Shown here: positions 59,082 through 64,000 of the stretch, one piece after another
Numbering within the stretch: the first letter of the stretch is position 1
Layout: each line of letters opens with the position of its first letter
Source of the DNA: Eledone cirrhosa
Taxonomy: Eukaryota
Direction of reading: 5' to 3'
Assembly (NCBI GenBank): GCA_964016885.1
Contig: OZ024747.1
Coordinates: 41,044,001-41,108,000, forward strand
DNA: 64,000 bases
The notes under the pieces: model-generated
Database searches by the model: none
What the model was told of the DNA's origin: nothing
The model's input: the letters and a program-made list of their open reading frames with translations, nothing else
Made by a program: the position numbers and the translations under genes

Positions 59082-59270
59082 GGTGGTGGAATGGCAGTAT
59101 CGGTAGAGGGTCGGACGCATGCTTTTACGCATAGAGTTACGGCCCTTGCTATTCTGAGTTCAAATCCCGCCGAGGTTAACTTTGCCTTTCATCCTTACGG
59201 GGTTGATAAAATAAAGTACCAGTAATGCACTGGGATAATTGCTGGCCTTGTGCCAAAAGTAGAAACAGTT
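59082..59270 (+). mobile_element. tRNA-derived SINE with target-site duplication
   Basis: ttatttctaaaggcaaataaa is duplicated on both sides. Confidence 0.92.
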
Positions 59271-59494
59271 ATTTCTAAAGGCAAATAAAGGATCAGAGTA
59301 GTCAGTGTTTATATATTTTACTACATTTTACTTTTGGAAATAAAATGTATTTCGTGTTACATGAAATTTATATTTGTGCTTATGTGGACCTGAAATTTTG
59401 TTTGACACCAAAATTTGAGCCACAGGATATATAAGGTTGAGAAATACTGTGGTAAACAACCCTTTAACAAATACTTACAACTAATTTGATATTA

Positions 59495-59680
59495 TGTTGG
59501 GAAGTATATACCATGGCCAGTGAGAGATCTATGCAGGCCACCATTTGGCGACAAGAAAGATCCAGAAAGAGACGGCTTGCACCTAGCATATAGGCTGCTG
59601 ATATCTTTAACATCTGTCAACACAATCACGTACTCATACACTGCGAAAGTGACCACGCACCTACCATTTATGAGAATACA
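59495..59680 (+). mobile_element. Possible highly decayed RTE C-terminal relic
   Basis: WEVYTMASERSMQATIWRQERSRKRR...FNIC loosely resembles RTE ORF ends. Confidence 0.3.
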
Positions 59681-59899
59681 GCTGTAAACTCTTACTATGA
59701 AGAGATGAAGGAAGAAAAGAAAATCAGAGATGAATACAAAACATGTAATAGTCAATATTATAGTATACACACACACATACACACACACACGTGTGTATGT
59801 GTGTTTATATACTCGTATAAACGCCTTAAGATAGGTCACAATTTTGACCCCCCCTTACATTTCTGCTTTAGTTCCGTGTATAAACAGAAACAAATAATA

Positions 59900-59951
<52 letters not shown>

Positions 59952-60049
59952 AAGGAGTTGTGGTAAGGAACCAGATGTACCATAACGCACCAGAGTACAG
60001 AAATAGCCCTCGAAACGGCTTGAGCTCTGCCGTCGGGGTCATACATTTT

Positions 60050-60147
<98 letters not shown>

Positions 60148-60887
60148 TATATAGAGAGAGAAAGAGAGAAAGAGAGGGGGGTACTGTTCCGACGTTTGAA
60201 TTGTTGATAGTGAGTGTCATATGCATTGAAGTCTATACATATGAAAGTTAATAGAATCTCTACAACTACAAGTAGACCGACACACTTCTAAATCCTAATG
60301 TCTATATCGTTACAGAAATTGCGTCTGCTCTAAAGTTTTCAAGTTTCCTCACTTCTAACCACCTTTTCCTATCATTCTTACTGTGTCTGTTCGCCCAATC
60401 TACCCCATGTAAAATAGTTTACTCTTTACTACTCTGCTTAAATTTAGTACTCCATTTTCGTCCATGCTTTTTATCATAGCCATTCCTCTTTACATTTTCC
60501 AGCTAAACTGCAATAATCTTAAACTTACAAAATTACACCTACACTGAGTTAGGTTTCTATATTTCTATTTGAGGAGAGAATCTAAATAACGATGATTTGA
60601 TTTGCTATTGCCATTACCATAAATTAAGTTTGCAATAGCTTGCAATGCTCCATGCTTCTGTTCTACCATTCTACAATGAAGTTACTGTGTTCATATTAGG
60701 TTTAGCTTTAAAAATTAAATGAATGAATAATAAAGATATTAAAGTATACGTAACCTCCGCACCGATGATGTAGATTTCATATCCGTTGTCAGTGAGGAGA
60801 TAAATTAGATCATTTGTGTTTAGTTGGTGAAAAGAAAGATTTTTCGAGATGAAAAAATTATATTGATGACTTTGCGTGCCCTTTCTC

Positions 60888-61028
<141 letters not shown>

Positions 61029-61073
61029 AATATATATATAAATTTATATATATATAAATATATATATATAAAT

Positions 61074-61152
<79 letters not shown>

Positions 61153-61310
61153 GCTATATTGGGCTGCGCTTTCTAGCAATAAGCCTACCCGCCGTAAGCA
61201 ACTAATCACATCCTTTCTAATTTGACCACTGCCATGTCACGATTCTTAGCCATTTTTGAATGTATTTTTGGCGCGATCACTTTGGAAATTTAATTGTCTA
61301 ATTTTGAGCT

Positions 61311-61388
61311 CATTCCTGATGAATCCGAAGCTCTGGACATTCCCTGTTATCGGATGTCCTAAAATACAGATGAAACCATGGTAGAGGT
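61311..61388 (+). ncRNA. Hammerhead motif with extended stem II
   Basis: ttc-CTGATGA-atc...gat-GAAA-ccatgg-TA-gag; palindromic stem III, short stem I. Confidence 0.68.
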
Positions 61389-61665
61389 AATTAAATATGT
61401 ACGCATTTCTTTTAAGTTTATTTTACACCTAATTGTGTTTGGTTGACTGTATATCTGGTCGATTTCTACATGCTGTCGAAATGTTCGATAAATACACCAA
61501 CGTAGCCGCCGCGAAGGGGCTGCTTTCGGTTATTTGTCGGAGATTTCTTCATGGGAGCCTTTATTCTTATAGGTTGGTCTAATTGATTTTTTTATATGGT
61601 TAATTATGCTAATTGGGGGAGGAAATGGTATATATTATATCTAGTGATTCTAAAGACATGTTTTA

Positions 61666-61717
<52 letters not shown>

Positions 61718-61810
61718 CAAAGGCACCATAGTAAAAACAAGGTACCATAGTAAAAACTAATATATGGAACATTATATTATGTAACATTATTTTAATTTAT
61801 ATTCCTTTGA

Positions 61811-61931
61811 GTTCCGATGAGCCACTCTGTTTTTTTAAATATGTTAGTTATTTTCAACTGAACCAGATCAATTATGATACATAGTCATCTGATCCAGAAA
61901 TATTATACGGAGTAGCGAAACAATTGTAAAC
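61811..61931 (+). ncRNA. Hammerhead motif (CCGATGA) with extended stem II
   Basis: gtt-CCGATGA-gc c actctgt...acggagt a gc-GAAA-caattg-TA-aac. Confidence 0.7.
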
Positions 61932-62061
61932 GGGCATTATTATTATTAATATTATTATTATTACTATTCTCTACATTCCTGACATCAAACTAAATATGTT
62001 GACAATCTTTTAATAATGTCTTCCTTGTGAAATTTGTGGTCTTGTTTTGCTTAACTAATGA

Positions 62062-62164
<103 letters not shown>

Positions 62165-62252
62165 TATATATAAATATATATAAATAAAAGGTATATATAT
62201 ATATTTATATATATATTCTTCACCCACTTTTATTATTTGATATATCTATATA

Positions 62253-62295
<43 letters not shown>

Positions 62296-62299
62296 TTCG

Positions 62300-62760
62300 C
62301 CCACTTTTATTCCTGAGGGGGTCGTGGGGGCAGAGTCCTCAAACACTCCTTCTTGCGGGACCTGTCTGAAGCAACCATTTCCATTTGATCCGGCTGGATC
62401 CCCAAGCGAGACCAGCCAAGCTCATGGATGTTATCCAACCATCTTGCTTGGGATCTACCCCTTGGTCGACTTCCAGTTGGATTTTTCCGTAAAGTCTGTC
62501 CAGCAATTCTTTCCTCAGACATTCTAACCGCATGCCCGAGGTATCGGAGCTATGATTTCTCAATTCGGAGAAGTAGCGGCTCTACCTGGAGTGACACACA
62601 GATCTCCGCGTTATGCACTCTATCGAGTAATGTTACTCCAAAGACTCTTCGAGGGAATCCCATTTCGGCCGCTTGTATTCGCGATCGTAATCTTTCGGTC
62701 ATTACCCAAGATTCATGACCATAGGTAAGAGTTGGCACGAATATCGAATTGAAGATAGTG
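62300..62760 (-). mobile_element. RTE-clade LINE 3' fragment
   Basis: PTLTYGHESWVMTERLRSRIQAAEMGF.RR...VEPLLLRIEKS and RPRGRSQARWLDNI. Confidence 0.85.
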
Positions 62761-62886
62761 CTTTGCTGAACTCTTAAACCCGATCACCACAGCATCTTCT
62801 GATGTGCACGAGGTACATCTGGAAGCGGTGATTAATCTATCAGAGGCTGAAGTTACAAGAGCAGTTAACTATCGTACTTCTATTAT

Positions 62887-63047
62887 TCGGACGCCATGCT
62901 TTGACGCATAGAGTTATGGCCCTTGCCATTCTGAGTTCAAATCCCGTGGAGGTTAACTTTGCCTCTCATCCTTACGGGGTCGATAAAATAAAGTACCAGT
63001 AATGCACTGGGTAATTGCTGGCCTTGTGCCAAAAGTAGAAACAATTA
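62887..63047 (+). mobile_element. 5'-truncated tRNA-derived SINE
   Basis: Same family, lacking the A box. Confidence 0.85.
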
Positions 63048-63455
63048 TTAAATAAACAAACCGCAAAATCATATACGTCGTTGCAAATTCGTATCGTTGT
63101 CCCGTCGCGAAAGAAGATTTGCCCTTTATTGATAAGTGATTTGCTACACAGCGCCCTTCTAGATTGAGGCTAGAAATATCCGAGAGTCGATTTAAAACGG
63201 TTTCATTGGAAAGTCGGTACGAGTTCGACTCTCTTCGAAAAAATGATGTGCTGGAGTGTTTCAATCACGCCTCTGCTTATTGGTGGTTCGTATCACATCT
63301 TAGCATAAATAAGTTATGTTCACCATTCTGTAGAAAATAAACGTCGTTGTATTAAATTAAATAAACAGCAACACGGAATATGCCGATGTAAGTTCGAATG
63401 AATTGCATGTCAAAAATGTAGTTTTCTCTTTTCATACATTTTATACGTTTCGAAA

Positions 63456-63504
<49 letters not shown>

Positions 63505-63517
63505 GACACATTCTTAC

Positions 63518-63577
63518 TGTAGCAGAAAACCTCCCGGGGTGATGTTTCTTCTAGTGCTATATAAAATAGAAGACCGC
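63518..63577 (-). CDS. Candidate upstream exon of the same GPCR
   Basis: Acceptor ttttctgcag, donor gtaaga, 60 nt, phase 1-1, open: GLLFYIALEETSPREVFCY. Could supply the first ectodomain Cys, but it overlaps a small palindrome resembling 63815-63855. Confidence 0.3.
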
Positions 63578-64000
63578 CTGCAGAAAATACAATGTTCTGT
63601 CACGTTTCACTGTTGAATAAATTTAGATTTTTTTCCATAAATGTTTAGAAGTTACTAAAAAATTGGAAATTGTTTCACTGTTTATTTTATGTATGTTTAA
63701 CTAATGTTTACAGTTTCCTTTCATATTTCACTTCTTCATTTTAATATATGGAAAGCGTATATTGGACAACGCCTTCAAATATAAAAACATATGAGATAAT
63801 ATATACATTAAATATACTAACAGAAACCCGCCGGGAGGACGACGTTTCTACTAGTATATATACACACACACACACACATATATATATATATGTGTGTGTG
63901 TGTGCGTGTGCGTGTGTGTGTGTATGTATGTAGAAGTAGTACGTTGTAGTTGTATTCTCACCTAGGCAACACAAGTAAAAAAAATGAGGTAGTCCCTATA

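Overview
AT-rich, microsatellite-saturated animal genomic DNA; the repeat content (one abundant tRNA-derived SINE, (TA)n/(GT)n/(GATA)n tracts) suggests an octopod cephalopod, which is inference only. The window appears to be almost all intron of a minus-strand class B (secretin-family) GPCR, with two clear ectodomain exons at 47242-47361 and 29880-29974. It also holds a near full-length Tx1/L1 LINE, R4/Dong-like and CRE-like retroelements, a Penelope reverse transcriptase, mariner and RTE relics, a non-autonomous Helitron, many SINEs and a COPS6 5' fragment. The main unannotated signal is about 22 type I hammerhead-ribozyme motifs, found by eye, from about 12 unrelated short repeat families. 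Most sit next to (TA)n tracts and form tandem arrays (310, about 420 and 1000 bp units) or fold-back palindromes, as expected for Penelope pLTRs or retrozymes. Most ORFs in the track are microsatellite translations. Repeat boundaries are approximate.
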